The position numbers were made by a program, and so were the translations under genes. 64,000 nt of DNA from an uncultured Chloroflexia bacterium (GTDB lineage: Bacteria; Chloroflexota; Limnocylindria; Limnocylindrales; CSP1-4), in the NCBI GenBank assembly GCA_963713975.1, contig OY970218.1:576001-640000 (forward strand). Direction: 5' to 3'. The notes under the pieces were generated by a model, which searched no databases, was not told the DNA's origin, and was given only the letters and a program-made list of their open reading frames with translations. The stretch's first letter is position 1; every line of letters starts with the position of its first letter. Of this stretch, positions 25,776 through 36,198 are shown one piece after another.

Positions 25776-27461
25776 ATGTCTGCTGATCTTCAAACCACGG
25801 GCTCATGGGACCTCGCGGGCGATGCCTCGGACGGCTCCGGCAACGCCCTGCATGCCAGGATTGACGGGCCCGTGGCATTCGGACCCTCCGAGACCGCTGG
25901 GCTTGACGGCCCGGTAGGCAAGTTCCCCGGGGATGCCCGCCTCGTCGTCGACAACGTGGGCACCCTTGGTGCCGGCGATCTCACCATCGCCGCCTGGGTC
26001 AACGCGGCAGCGAGACCGACGACGGTCCTCGGCGACGTTGTCGCGCGCTTCGACCCGTCCACGCGTCACGGCTTCACGCTGGGGTTCGAGCACGGGTCGC
26101 CATGTGGGAGTCACGGGAACGACCGGACCGCATGGTTCGGGGTGGATGCCGGGACCGAGCCGCAACTCGAGGACCACGGAAGGCCGGGCTCGAGCGCAAC
26201 CGTGATGGTCTGCTCGCTGGCGGCGTTCGGCGGTGCGCTCTACGCGGCCACCTGGGAGCAGGGCCCAGATCCGCGCGGCCGGGTCTATCGGCTGGACGGC
26301 GGGGGTTGGGTGCACTGCGGAACACCGTGGGACGCCAACGCAGTAACCCGGCTCGCCGTGCACGACGGGGCCCTCTACGCAGCTGTCTCGCGGTTGCGCG
26401 GTGGCGGTTCGGGCCTGGAGGATTCCGCCAACCAGGGACCAGGAGGTCGGATCCTGCGCTACGAGGGCGGCGATCGATGGGCGGACATGGGCCAGCTCGA
26501 CGGCGCCGACTCGGTCACCGCGCTGGTGACGTTCGCGGGATCACTGTATGCCGCCCCGATGTACCAGGAGGGCCTGTACCGCTTCGATGGTCCCGGAGCC
26601 TGGACATGGTGTGGATCGCCTGGGCGGCGGCTGCTGGCGCTCGGGGTGCACGCCGGCTCACTCTATGGGGCCGGGAACGACCATGCGCAGGTGGACAGCG
26701 CCATCGCCATGACCAAGGCGGGCGTCGTCGTCCCGGCTCGCGATGTGGCGGGCGGTGGCGGCGTCTTCCGCTACGACGGGGACGAGAGGTGGACCTCGCG
26801 TGGGCTCCAGCCCGACACAACCCAGCTGTACTCGATCGAGACATACGGCGGGCAAATGCACATCGGCACCTGGCCCACGGGCGTGGTGTTCCGCGCACGG
26901 GACCTGTCCGTCGACGGCGAGCCTGTTTGGGAGTCGACGGGACGCCTCGGTTCGGAGACCGAGATCATGAACCTGCAGGCGTACAACGGAATGCTGTACG
27001 CGGGGACGCTGCCGCACGCGCAGCTGTTCCGGTATGACGGCGAATCGGTGTGGACGGACCTGGCAGCGCTGGACACCACTCCAAACGTCCGGTACCGGCG
27101 CGCCTCGTCGATGGTGCTGTACGGCGGACGGCTATATGTCGGGACGCTGCCCTCGGCACACGTCCATTCGCTGCGCGCCGGCAGCGTGACGACCAACGAC
27201 ACTTCGCTGTCCGCGGGCTGGCACCACCTGGCCGGGGTCCGCCGAGGGGGGACGACGATCCTGTACGTCGACGGCGCCCCTGTCGGCCGGGGCGAAGCCG
27301 CACTGCCCTCCGGGCATGCGAGCCCTGATGTGCCGCTCGTCATCGGCGGCGGACCCAGGTCGAGCTTCGAGGGCGAGCTGGCCCGAGTCAGGGCATGGGA
27401 CCGGGCGCTGGGCGACGATGAGATCGCATCGATCGCCGTACCCGGGGTGGCCGCGAGCTAG
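25776..27461 (+). CDS. LamG-like jelly-roll protein with an inserted seven-repeat beta-propeller, function unknown
   Basis: N-terminal D.SGN..H..LTIAAWV and C-terminal GWHHLAGV..LYVDG..F.GEL..VR.W.RAL..EI LamG halves flank seven L..(F/Y/H).G.LY.GT-like blades. GAGGAG Shine-Dalgarno. Confidence 0.8.
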   Translation: MSADLQTTGSWDLAGDASDGSGNALHARIDGPVAFGPSETAGLDGPVGKFPGDARLVVDNVGTLGAGDLTIAAWVNAAARPTTVLGDVVARFDPSTRHGFTLGFEHGSPCGSHGNDRTAWFGVDAGTEPQLEDHGRPGSSATVMVCSLAAFGGALYAATWEQGPDPRGRVYRLDGGGWVHCGTPWDANAVTRLAVHDGALYAAVSRLRGGGSGLEDSANQGPGGRILRYEGGDRWADMGQLDGADSVTALVTFAGSLYAAPMYQEGLYRFDGPGAWTWCGSPGRRLLALGVHAGSLYGAGNDHAQVDSAIAMTKAGVVVPARDVAGGGGVFRYDGDERWTSRGLQPDTTQLYSIETYGGQMHIGTWPTGVVFRARDLSVDGEPVWESTGRLGSETEIMNLQAYNGMLYAGTLPHAQLFRYDGESVWTDLAALDTTPNVRYRRASSMVLYGGRLYVGTLPSAHVHSLRAGSVTTNDTSLSAGWHHLAGVRRGGTTILYVDGAPVGRGEAALPSGHASPDVPLVIGGGPRSSFEGELARVRAWDRALGDDEIASIAVPGVAAS

Positions 27462-27618
27462 GAGTGCCAATCGGGCCGGGAAGCACGAACCGCGCGAAGG
27501 ACGCAAGGCGAACCGGAAGACACAGCGGGCGGCCCTGGCCACGTCGCTCGCTCGCGAGGATCGGCCGACTCAGCCGGGCACTCGAGGAGCGGCGGGTCCG
27601 CATCCATCCGAGCCTCCG

Positions 27619-29753
<2,135 letters not shown>

Positions 29754-29831
29754 CTGCGCGCGGCGGCGGGCTCATCGGCATCGCCTGCGGCGCAGCGCGA
29801 AGCCGGGGATGCGTGCGGGACGTCCCAGCCC

Positions 29832-30224
29832 ATGGCAGCCGCACGAGGTCGTGGACCCGCGGGTGCAACCCTCGATGAGCTAACCCGGTGGTTTGGCCCG
29901 GAGCCGTTCCTCGTCCCGCTCATCTCGTCGCCGGCGATTCGCGTGGTGCTGTGGGGCTGGCCCGCAGGCTTCACGACTGTCACTCACCGCCATCCCCGGG
30001 CGGAGGAGATGTTCCACGTCGTGCACGGCCGCGCGGTGTTCACCTTCGATGGCGAGCCCGAGCAGACCGTCGGCCCCGGCTCGGTGCTAGTCGCGCCACG
30101 CGGGGTCGCGCATGCGATCCGGGTCGTTGGAGACAAGCCGTTCCTGATGGTGATCGCCGTGGCACCCAACGAGGACGAGGCCGACGAGACAATCGAGCCG
30201 GTGGAGTTGCTCCCCCTCGGCTGA
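29832..30224 (+). CDS. Cupin-domain protein
   Basis: HRHP.AEEMFHVV.G...PG.....PRGV.H.I cupin motif. Start codon uncertain. Confidence 0.8.
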   Translation: MAAARGRGPAGATLDELTRWFGPEPFLVPLISSPAIRVVLWGWPAGFTTVTHRHPRAEEMFHVVHGRAVFTFDGEPEQTVGPGSVLVAPRGVAHAIRVVGDKPFLMVIAVAPNEDEADETIEPVELLPLG

Positions 30225-30244
30225 CATCAGCGGCGCCGTGCTCC

Positions 30245-31165
30245 TCAGCGGAGCGCGGCGGCCCTCGTGCGGACGGACTGTGGCACCAGGGCGGCCCGCC
30301 GGGTCAGCCACACCCCGAACACGATCACCGCGCCCCCGAGCACCTGGGCCGGCCCCACCGGCTCCGAGAGGAAGGCGGCACCCAGCAGCACGGCACCTGC
30401 CGGCACCAGGAACTGCGTGACCATGACGCGCGACGGCCCAACGAGGCGGATCGCGTTGAAGATGAACACGTTCGCGGTCCCCGCGGCGAGCGCGCCAGAG
30501 TAAACGAGGCCCGCGACGGCGGCCAGCGTCAGCACAGGGGGCGGTGACGTGAGCACCTCGGCCGCCCCGAACGGCAGCAGGAACAGGGTTCCGCCGAGGA
30601 CGGCCCACGCGGTCGCCTGGAGCGGATCGATCCGGCGCAGCATCCGGGTGGCCGCGATCGTGTACACCGCCCACAGCACGGCCGCCCCCAGCGTCAGGAA
30701 TGCGCCCAGTGAGGCGCTGATGGAGACCCCTTGGCCCGCCGCGACCACGACGGCCACGCCGGTGAACGCAATCAGGGCGCCAACCAGCTTGGGTGCGGTG
30801 AACCGGTCCATCCCGAGGAGGCCGGCCAGCAGCACCGTGAGCACCGGCGCGACAGCGATGATCAGCGCTGAGTCCCCCGCGGTGATCTGCGTGAGCCCAA
30901 GCGTCCAGAGGACCTGGTAGGCACCGAAGCCGAGGGCGCCCAGGCCCACCAGCGTCAGGGCGACGCGCGCCGGCGGACGGACGGTCCCCAACCGCCAGCG
31001 GACGAGCAGGAACAGGGTGGCGGTCGCGATGACGTAGCGGGCGGACGTGAAGGTGAGCGGTCCGAAGACATCGATGGCGGCCTTGACGACGACGAAGTTG
31101 GCGGACCAGATCGCCACCGCGCCGAGGACGCCCAACTCAGCCAGACGACGCTCGCGGACGGACAC
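30245..31165 (-). CDS. DMT/EamA family transporter
   Basis: IWS.NFVVVK, two EamA repeats, VGPSR...FLVP....LGAAFLSEP. Confidence 0.92.
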   Translation of the reverse strand: MSVRERRLAELGVLGAVAIWSANFVVVKAAIDVFGPLTFTSARYVIATATLFLLVRWRLGTVRPPARVALTLVGLGALGFGAYQVLWTLGLTQITAGDSALIIAVAPVLTVLLAGLLGMDRFTAPKLVGALIAFTGVAVVVAAGQGVSISASLGAFLTLGAAVLWAVYTIAATRMLRRIDPLQATAWAVLGGTLFLLPFGAAEVLTSPPPVLTLAAVAGLVYSGALAAGTANVFIFNAIRLVGPSRVMVTQFLVPAGAVLLGAAFLSEPVGPAQVLGGAVIVFGVWLTRRAALVPQSVRTRAAALR

Positions 31166-31275
31166 GGTGGGGCGCGCCCGCGAGCCGGACGCGATGACGC
31201 CCGCCTGTTCGGCGGGCGTCGCAGTTCCTGTGGACGAGCCGGCGGGGTCGGGGCGCGCCGGCCCGGGCTCGTCGA

Positions 31276-31431
31276 TCAGGCGCCTTCCTGCTCGAGCTCC
31301 AGCGCCTCCTCGTCGTCCTCCTCGGTGAGCTTCAGCCAGACGAACAGGCCGGCCAGCACCACCAGGGGGATGACGATCAGAGCGCCCAGGGTGACCCCGA
31401 GGGCGACGGCAACGGTCTTCAGCGCCTTCAT
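31276..31431 (-). CDS. Small single-pass membrane protein with an acidic tail (51 aa)
   Basis: MKALKTVAVALGVTLGALIVIPLVVLAGLFVWLKLTEEDDEEALELEQEGA. AAGGAGG Shine-Dalgarno. Confidence 0.75.
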   Translation of the reverse strand: MKALKTVAVALGVTLGALIVIPLVVLAGLFVWLKLTEEDDEEALELEQEGA

Positions 31432-31534
31432 CGGGCTTGGGCCTCCTTCGCTTGCGACGTGATGCCCCTGATTGTGCCCCCTGTGGGCCGGTGTGTCACG
31501 GGACCCGGGGTGGCCGACACGACCTGCCGGGGGG

Positions 31535-32041
31535 TCACCCGTTCCTGTCGCCCTTGGCCCGGAGGGTCGGGCCCTGGCCAACCAGGCCCTCGACGTCCTC
31601 CCTGGTGAACTCCGCCAGCAGGTGATGGCCGCCTGCCTGGCCGCTGATCTGGATGCGCACGACGTAGGCGCCCTCCTGCTCGAACAGGAACACGTCCTTG
31701 GGCTTCTGCTCGTCCATCCAGTGGCCGATGACACGCAGGGCTCGCTCATAGGAGCCGCCCCGATCCGACGACTCCGCGCCGCTGGCCCGGCGGGCCGCAG
31801 CCTCCTCCATGAACCTGGCGATGTCGTCGTCCAGGAAGCTCAGGGTCTCCTTGGAGACCGTGCCCATCGTGTCTGACCATCCACCGCTCGCCTGGCCGGC
31901 CGCGACGAGCCCCTGCACGAGGAAACCGTCGGGAACCTCGAGCAGCAGGACGTCACGCATGCCGTGGCTGTCGATGAATGCGCCGATCGAGCGGAAGACC
32001 TCTTCGAAGTCCTGGCGGGGACTGCCCTCGTAGATCCGCAT
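31535..32041 (-). CDS. Hypothetical protein with an internally duplicated domain
   Basis: GC3-biased ORF with a GAGGAG Shine-Dalgarno. The halves FEEVFRSIGAFID..DVLLLE..DGFLVQ and YERALRVIGHWMD..DVFLFE..GAYVVR are homologous. Confidence 0.8.
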   Translation of the reverse strand: MRIYEGSPRQDFEEVFRSIGAFIDSHGMRDVLLLEVPDGFLVQGLVAAGQASGGWSDTMGTVSKETLSFLDDDIARFMEEAAARRASGAESSDRGGSYERALRVIGHWMDEQKPKDVFLFEQEGAYVVRIQISGQAGGHHLLAEFTREDVEGLVGQGPTLRAKGDRNG

Positions 32042-32098
32042 GCCTGCTCCTCGCTGCGGCGTCCCCAGCCCCTCGGCGGGCTGCCCCGGCTCGGTTGG

Positions 32099-33034
32099 CT
32101 ACGAGCCGGTGGTCCGGTCGAGCAGGCCCAGGTCGCGGGCACGTCGCTCGCTCGATCGGAAGATCGCGATCGACGCGAGTGTAGCGATCGCTCCGGTCAC
32201 GAACAAGGCGACAAGCATGGTCGTTGCGTCCGGAGCTGCAGTTCCGGTGACAGCGGTCCACACGGAGTCCGGGCCGCCGATCGAGGACGGGCCGTCCGGC
32301 GTCACCGCCAGCCGCACCGCGGCCACCCACCAGGAGATCGGGTTGAGAAGCCCCACGACCTGGATCGCGGGGGGCAGCACGGAGAGCGGGAAGACCACGC
32401 CGCTCACCAGGAACAGGGCGCCGGCGAAGGCGTCCGGGTAGGACCAGCTCTCCTGGCGCGTCTGGAGGCAGATCGCGGCGAGCAGCACCCCGAGGGCGAG
32501 GATCGGCACGAGACCCATCACCAGCGATACCACGAGGAGGGGCCAGCTCACGGCCGCGAGATCCACCCGCAGCCCGAGCACGATGACCGCGAACACGAGG
32601 GCCACCGCGGTGCCCATCGCACCGGCGGCCAGGCGGGCGCCGCCGCGACCGACCAGCAGGACCAGGAACGTGGACGGGCTCACGTAGAGGTACTTGAGCA
32701 TCCGGTAGCGCTCGCGGTCCTCGAGCACGGACCAGGCCGGGCCGGCGATCCCGGCCACGAGCATCGCCCACAGTGCGCTGCCCAGCACCACGAAGGTCCT
32801 CGCGGCCTCGCTCGCCGCCCCGCCGATGATCTCGATCATGACGACCAGCAGGAGCAGCGAGAAGATCGGCTTGGCGACCGTGTAGATCAGGAACAGCGTG
32901 GGGTCTGCCCAGTTGGACTCCACGCGCCAGCCGAGGAGCATCGCGGTGCGCAGGCTCCGGGCGCCGTCGGAGACGCTGCCACCCTCGGCGCGGAGCGGGT
33001 CGAAGCCGGTCGAGCCGGCGGTCAGGGCGCTCAC
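32099..33034 (-). CDS. ABC-2 type exporter permease
   Basis: Six-TM pattern, LVSGVVFPLSVLP...NPISWW. Confidence 0.88.
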   Translation of the reverse strand: MSALTAGSTGFDPLRAEGGSVSDGARSLRTAMLLGWRVESNWADPTLFLIYTVAKPIFSLLLLVVMIEIIGGAASEAARTFVVLGSALWAMLVAGIAGPAWSVLEDRERYRMLKYLYVSPSTFLVLLVGRGGARLAAGAMGTAVALVFAVIVLGLRVDLAAVSWPLLVVSLVMGLVPILALGVLLAAICLQTRQESWSYPDAFAGALFLVSGVVFPLSVLPPAIQVVGLLNPISWWVAAVRLAVTPDGPSSIGGPDSVWTAVTGTAAPDATTMLVALFVTGAIATLASIAIFRSSERRARDLGLLDRTTGS

Positions 33035-33924
33035 TGCCAGCGGATCGAGAGGCTGCCGCGGGACCGTGCCATCCGTTCGATCGTCCGGATCATCCGCCGT
33101 GCCAGCAGCATGAACACGATCGTCATCACGGCCAGGATCAGCGCCTCCACCTCCGGCGACGGCGTGCCGGTGATGTACGGCTGGCCGGCGAACACGAGCT
33201 GGCGCATGGCGTCCAGGCCGACGGCAAACGGGATCGTGGCGATCGCGATCGCGCCCAGGGCGCCCAACCGGCCGACCGGGAAGTTGAGGCCGGACACGAA
33301 GTAGACGGGCTCGATCAGGACGTTCGTCATGTGGAACGCCTCACGGCCCCACAGCAGGAAGAGGCTGGCGAGTGCCATCCCCAGGCCGTACAGCGCCGAC
33401 ATCGTGAGCAGGAAGACGAGGATCACCAGCCCCCACTGGTCGACCTGGAACGTGACGCCGAAGACGATGGCCGAGATCACGAGGACCGCGGCCGCCCGCA
33501 GGGAGCTCATCGCCAGGCCGCCCACGGCCATGCCCAGGAGCACCGCCATGAGGTCCATCGGCGCGGCGAAGTAGAGCTCCAGGTTCCCCTGGCTCTTCTC
33601 CCAGTACAGCTGTCCGGCCATCATCCACACGACGTTGAGCCAGAACGCCGACAGGGCGCCGCCCAGCACCACGAAACCGATGTACGCCTCGGGTGCCTGG
33701 AGCGCGCGGTACACGAGCACGAACGCCGACGTGGTCAGGAACGGCAGCAGGATCTCGAAGAACAGCCACGACGGCTCGCGGGTCATCCCGCGGACGCGCG
33801 GGTAGGCGCGACCGGCGAGCGCCCGCAGGTTGTTCGCCGCCACCTGGCGGCGCGTCCAGTCGGACGCGGTGCGCGGGTCGGTACCGCCTCGCGAGCGTGC
33901 GAAGATCCCGGCCGCGTCCGTCAC
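33031..33924 (-). CDS. ABC-2 type exporter permease
   Basis: WEK.QGNLE.YF.AP, FVSGLNFPV..L, GLDAMR. Confidence 0.88.
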   Translation of the reverse strand: MTDAAGIFARSRGGTDPRTASDWTRRQVAANNLRALAGRAYPRVRGMTREPSWLFFEILLPFLTTSAFVLVYRALQAPEAYIGFVVLGGALSAFWLNVVWMMAGQLYWEKSQGNLELYFAAPMDLMAVLLGMAVGGLAMSSLRAAAVLVISAIVFGVTFQVDQWGLVILVFLLTMSALYGLGMALASLFLLWGREAFHMTNVLIEPVYFVSGLNFPVGRLGALGAIAIATIPFAVGLDAMRQLVFAGQPYITGTPSPEVEALILAVMTIVFMLLARRMIRTIERMARSRGSLSIRWQ

Positions 33925-33940
33925 TCGCCGGCACCCCTGT

Positions 33941-35038
33941 TCACTCGCCGACCTCCCAGGGCTGCTCAGGCTCCCGCTCCGGCGCTTCGGAGGGATCGGG
34001 CACCTGGCCCACCGTCTCGTCCTCGTCGGCGAAGCCCCGGCCCACGAGCTCCACGAACACGTCCTCCAGCGTGGGCTCGGACTTGCGGAGGGCGAGGATC
34101 TGCGAGCCGAGCCCGGCCAGCGCGGTGACGACGCCGCCGAGCACCCCGTCCTCCTCGAGCACGAGGTTCACCGCGACCCGCTGTACGTCCGGATCCGTCT
34201 CGGCGGCCAGCGAGGCCGAGACCACGCCCGGAAGGCGGGCCAGCGCCGGCACACCCTCGTCAAGATGGTCCACCTCGAGGCGGAAGATCGACTCCCGCTG
34301 GACGCGGCGCTTGAGCTGCTCGGGCGAGCCGATGGCCAGGATCCGGCCGTGATCGACGATCGCGATCCGCTCGCACAGCTCATCCGCCTCCGCCATGTAG
34401 TGGGTGGTGAGCAGGACCGTGCGCCCCGGCACGGCCCCCTTCCACTGCAGGACGAGGTCCCGGATTCCGCGCGCGGCGGCCACGTCCAGCCCCAGCGTGG
34501 GCTCGTCCAGGAACAGGATCCAGGGGTCGTTGAGCAGGCCGCGGGCCATGTTCATCTTCTGCCGCTGCCCGGTCGAGAGCGTGCTCACCCGCTGGAGCCG
34601 CTGGCCCTCCATCCCGACGGCCTCGATCAGCTCGTCGACGCGCCGCCAGCCCTCCTTGCCCGAGAGTCCGTAGAACTGGCTGAACATCCACAGCTGCTCG
34701 CGGACGGTGAGGATCCCATAGCCCGACTGCTCGCCGCCCGCCACCATGTTCATGATCCGGCGGATCCGCTTGGTGTCCGTCGCCACGTCGAAGCCGAAGA
34801 TGCTCGCGCTGCCGCTGGTCGGGAGCAGCAGCGTCGTCAGGATCTTGATCAGGGTCGTCTTGCCGGCACCGTTCGGCCCAAGGAGCCCGAAGAACTCACC
34901 GGGCGCCACCTCGAGGTCGACCCCGGCCAGCGCCACCACCGGGTTCGGCTTCAGCTCGTAGACGCGGCGAAGACCGCTGACCGAGATGGCGGGCGGCAGG
35001 GGCGAGTCGGGCTGTGGGGCGGGCTGTGGGGCGGACAT
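33941..35038 (-). CDS. ABC exporter ATP-binding protein (DrrA-like)
   Basis: GPNGAGKTT, LSTGQRQK, LFLDEPTLGLD, LTTHYM.EA, PTLEDVF. Confidence 0.95.
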   Translation of the reverse strand: MSAPQPAPQPDSPLPPAISVSGLRRVYELKPNPVVALAGVDLEVAPGEFFGLLGPNGAGKTTLIKILTTLLLPTSGSASIFGFDVATDTKRIRRIMNMVAGGEQSGYGILTVREQLWMFSQFYGLSGKEGWRRVDELIEAVGMEGQRLQRVSTLSTGQRQKMNMARGLLNDPWILFLDEPTLGLDVAAARGIRDLVLQWKGAVPGRTVLLTTHYMAEADELCERIAIVDHGRILAIGSPEQLKRRVQRESIFRLEVDHLDEGVPALARLPGVVSASLAAETDPDVQRVAVNLVLEEDGVLGGVVTALAGLGSQILALRKSEPTLEDVFVELVGRGFADEDETVGQVPDPSEAPEREPEQPWEVGE

Positions 35039-35181
35039 GGAGGTCCCTCGGGACGTGTCGGCGGGGCAGCGGAGCGTAGCACTTCGGGGTGCGCGATGGA
35101 ATACGTCTATCTAACACGGACAAGCGGAGCGTCGAACACGCGACGCCCCGATCGGCCTGCCGCTGCGGAGGTCCTCCGCGG

Positions 35182-36132
35182 TCAGCGGAGCAGGATGCCG
35201 GCCAGCTCACCTGCCACGCGGGCGTTGTTCGTGATCAGCGAGATGTTCGCCTTGACCGAGGCACCGCCGGTGATCGCCGCGACGCGGGCGAGCAGCCACG
35301 GGGTGACGGCCGCACCCGAGATCCCGGCCTCCTCGGCCTCCCGGATCGCCTGGTGGATGGCGCCGTGCGCGATCTCGAGCGGCAGGCCATCGGCTTCGGG
35401 CACCGGGTTGCAGATCACCAGGCCGGACACCAGGCCCATGGCCCGATGGGCACGGACGACGTCCGCGGCCGCCGCGATGTCCGGCACGTGGCTGGGTGCC
35501 GGGATGCCCGAGAGTCGTGAGTAGAAGCCGGGCACCTCGTCGATGCCCACGGACACCACCGGCACGCCACGCGTCTCGAGGTACTCGAGGGTCAGCGGCA
35601 CGTCCAGGATCGCCTTGGGACCGGCACAGACGACAGCGACCGGCGTTCGCGCCAGCTCGTCAAGGTCGGCGGAGATGTCGAAGGTGGCCGGGTGCGATGT
35701 CCCGACCCCGCCGGAGCCCAGGGCTCCGCGATGGACCCCGCCGATCCCTCCGGTCGCGAACACGCCGATCCCGGCGGCTTCGGCGGCGATCATCGTCGCC
35801 GCCACGGTGGTCGCGCCCCACTCGCCGGAGGCGATCGCCAGGCCAAGGTTCGGCCTCGAGACCTTGCGCACGCTGCCCTTGGGCGCCGTGGCGAGGGCCT
35901 CGAGCTCGGCCGCGGACAGGCCGACCAGGAGCCGGCCCTCGTTGAGCGCAACGGTGGCCGGCACCGCACCCGCCGACCGGACGGCGGCCTCGGAGGCGGT
36001 GGCGACCTCCACGTTCTGCGGGTAGGGCAGGCCATGGCTGATGAGCGTGGATTCGAGGGCGACGACGGGTCGGCCTGCGCGCAGTGCGTCGGCGACCTCC
36101 GGGGCGATGGCGAGGCGGTCGGGGGTGATCAT
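35182..36132 (-). CDS. psuG: Pseudouridine-5'-phosphate glycosidase
   Basis: VVALEST.ISHGLPYPQN, KVSR, GATTVAATM, FATGGIGGVHRG, DISADL.EL, K.ILD...TLE.LET, VTP.LL. Confidence 0.95.
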   Translation of the reverse strand: MITPDRLAIAPEVADALRAGRPVVALESTLISHGLPYPQNVEVATASEAAVRSAGAVPATVALNEGRLLVGLSAAELEALATAPKGSVRKVSRPNLGLAIASGEWGATTVAATMIAAEAAGIGVFATGGIGGVHRGALGSGGVGTSHPATFDISADLDELARTPVAVVCAGPKAILDVPLTLEYLETRGVPVVSVGIDEVPGFYSRLSGIPAPSHVPDIAAAADVVRAHRAMGLVSGLVICNPVPEADGLPLEIAHGAIHQAIREAEEAGISGAAVTPWLLARVAAITGGASVKANISLITNNARVAGELAGILLR

Positions 36133-36198
36133 GGATTGGAGGGTACGCCGGGTGATACGGCCCGTGCGGTGGCGGACCCGGGCGTCTAGTCTCGGACC

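Noticed and set aside
9640-27618. Integrative mobile element with att sites
   Set aside because: I saw no integrase, transposase, tRNA or matching terminal direct repeats. Island status rests only on context and apparent codon bias.
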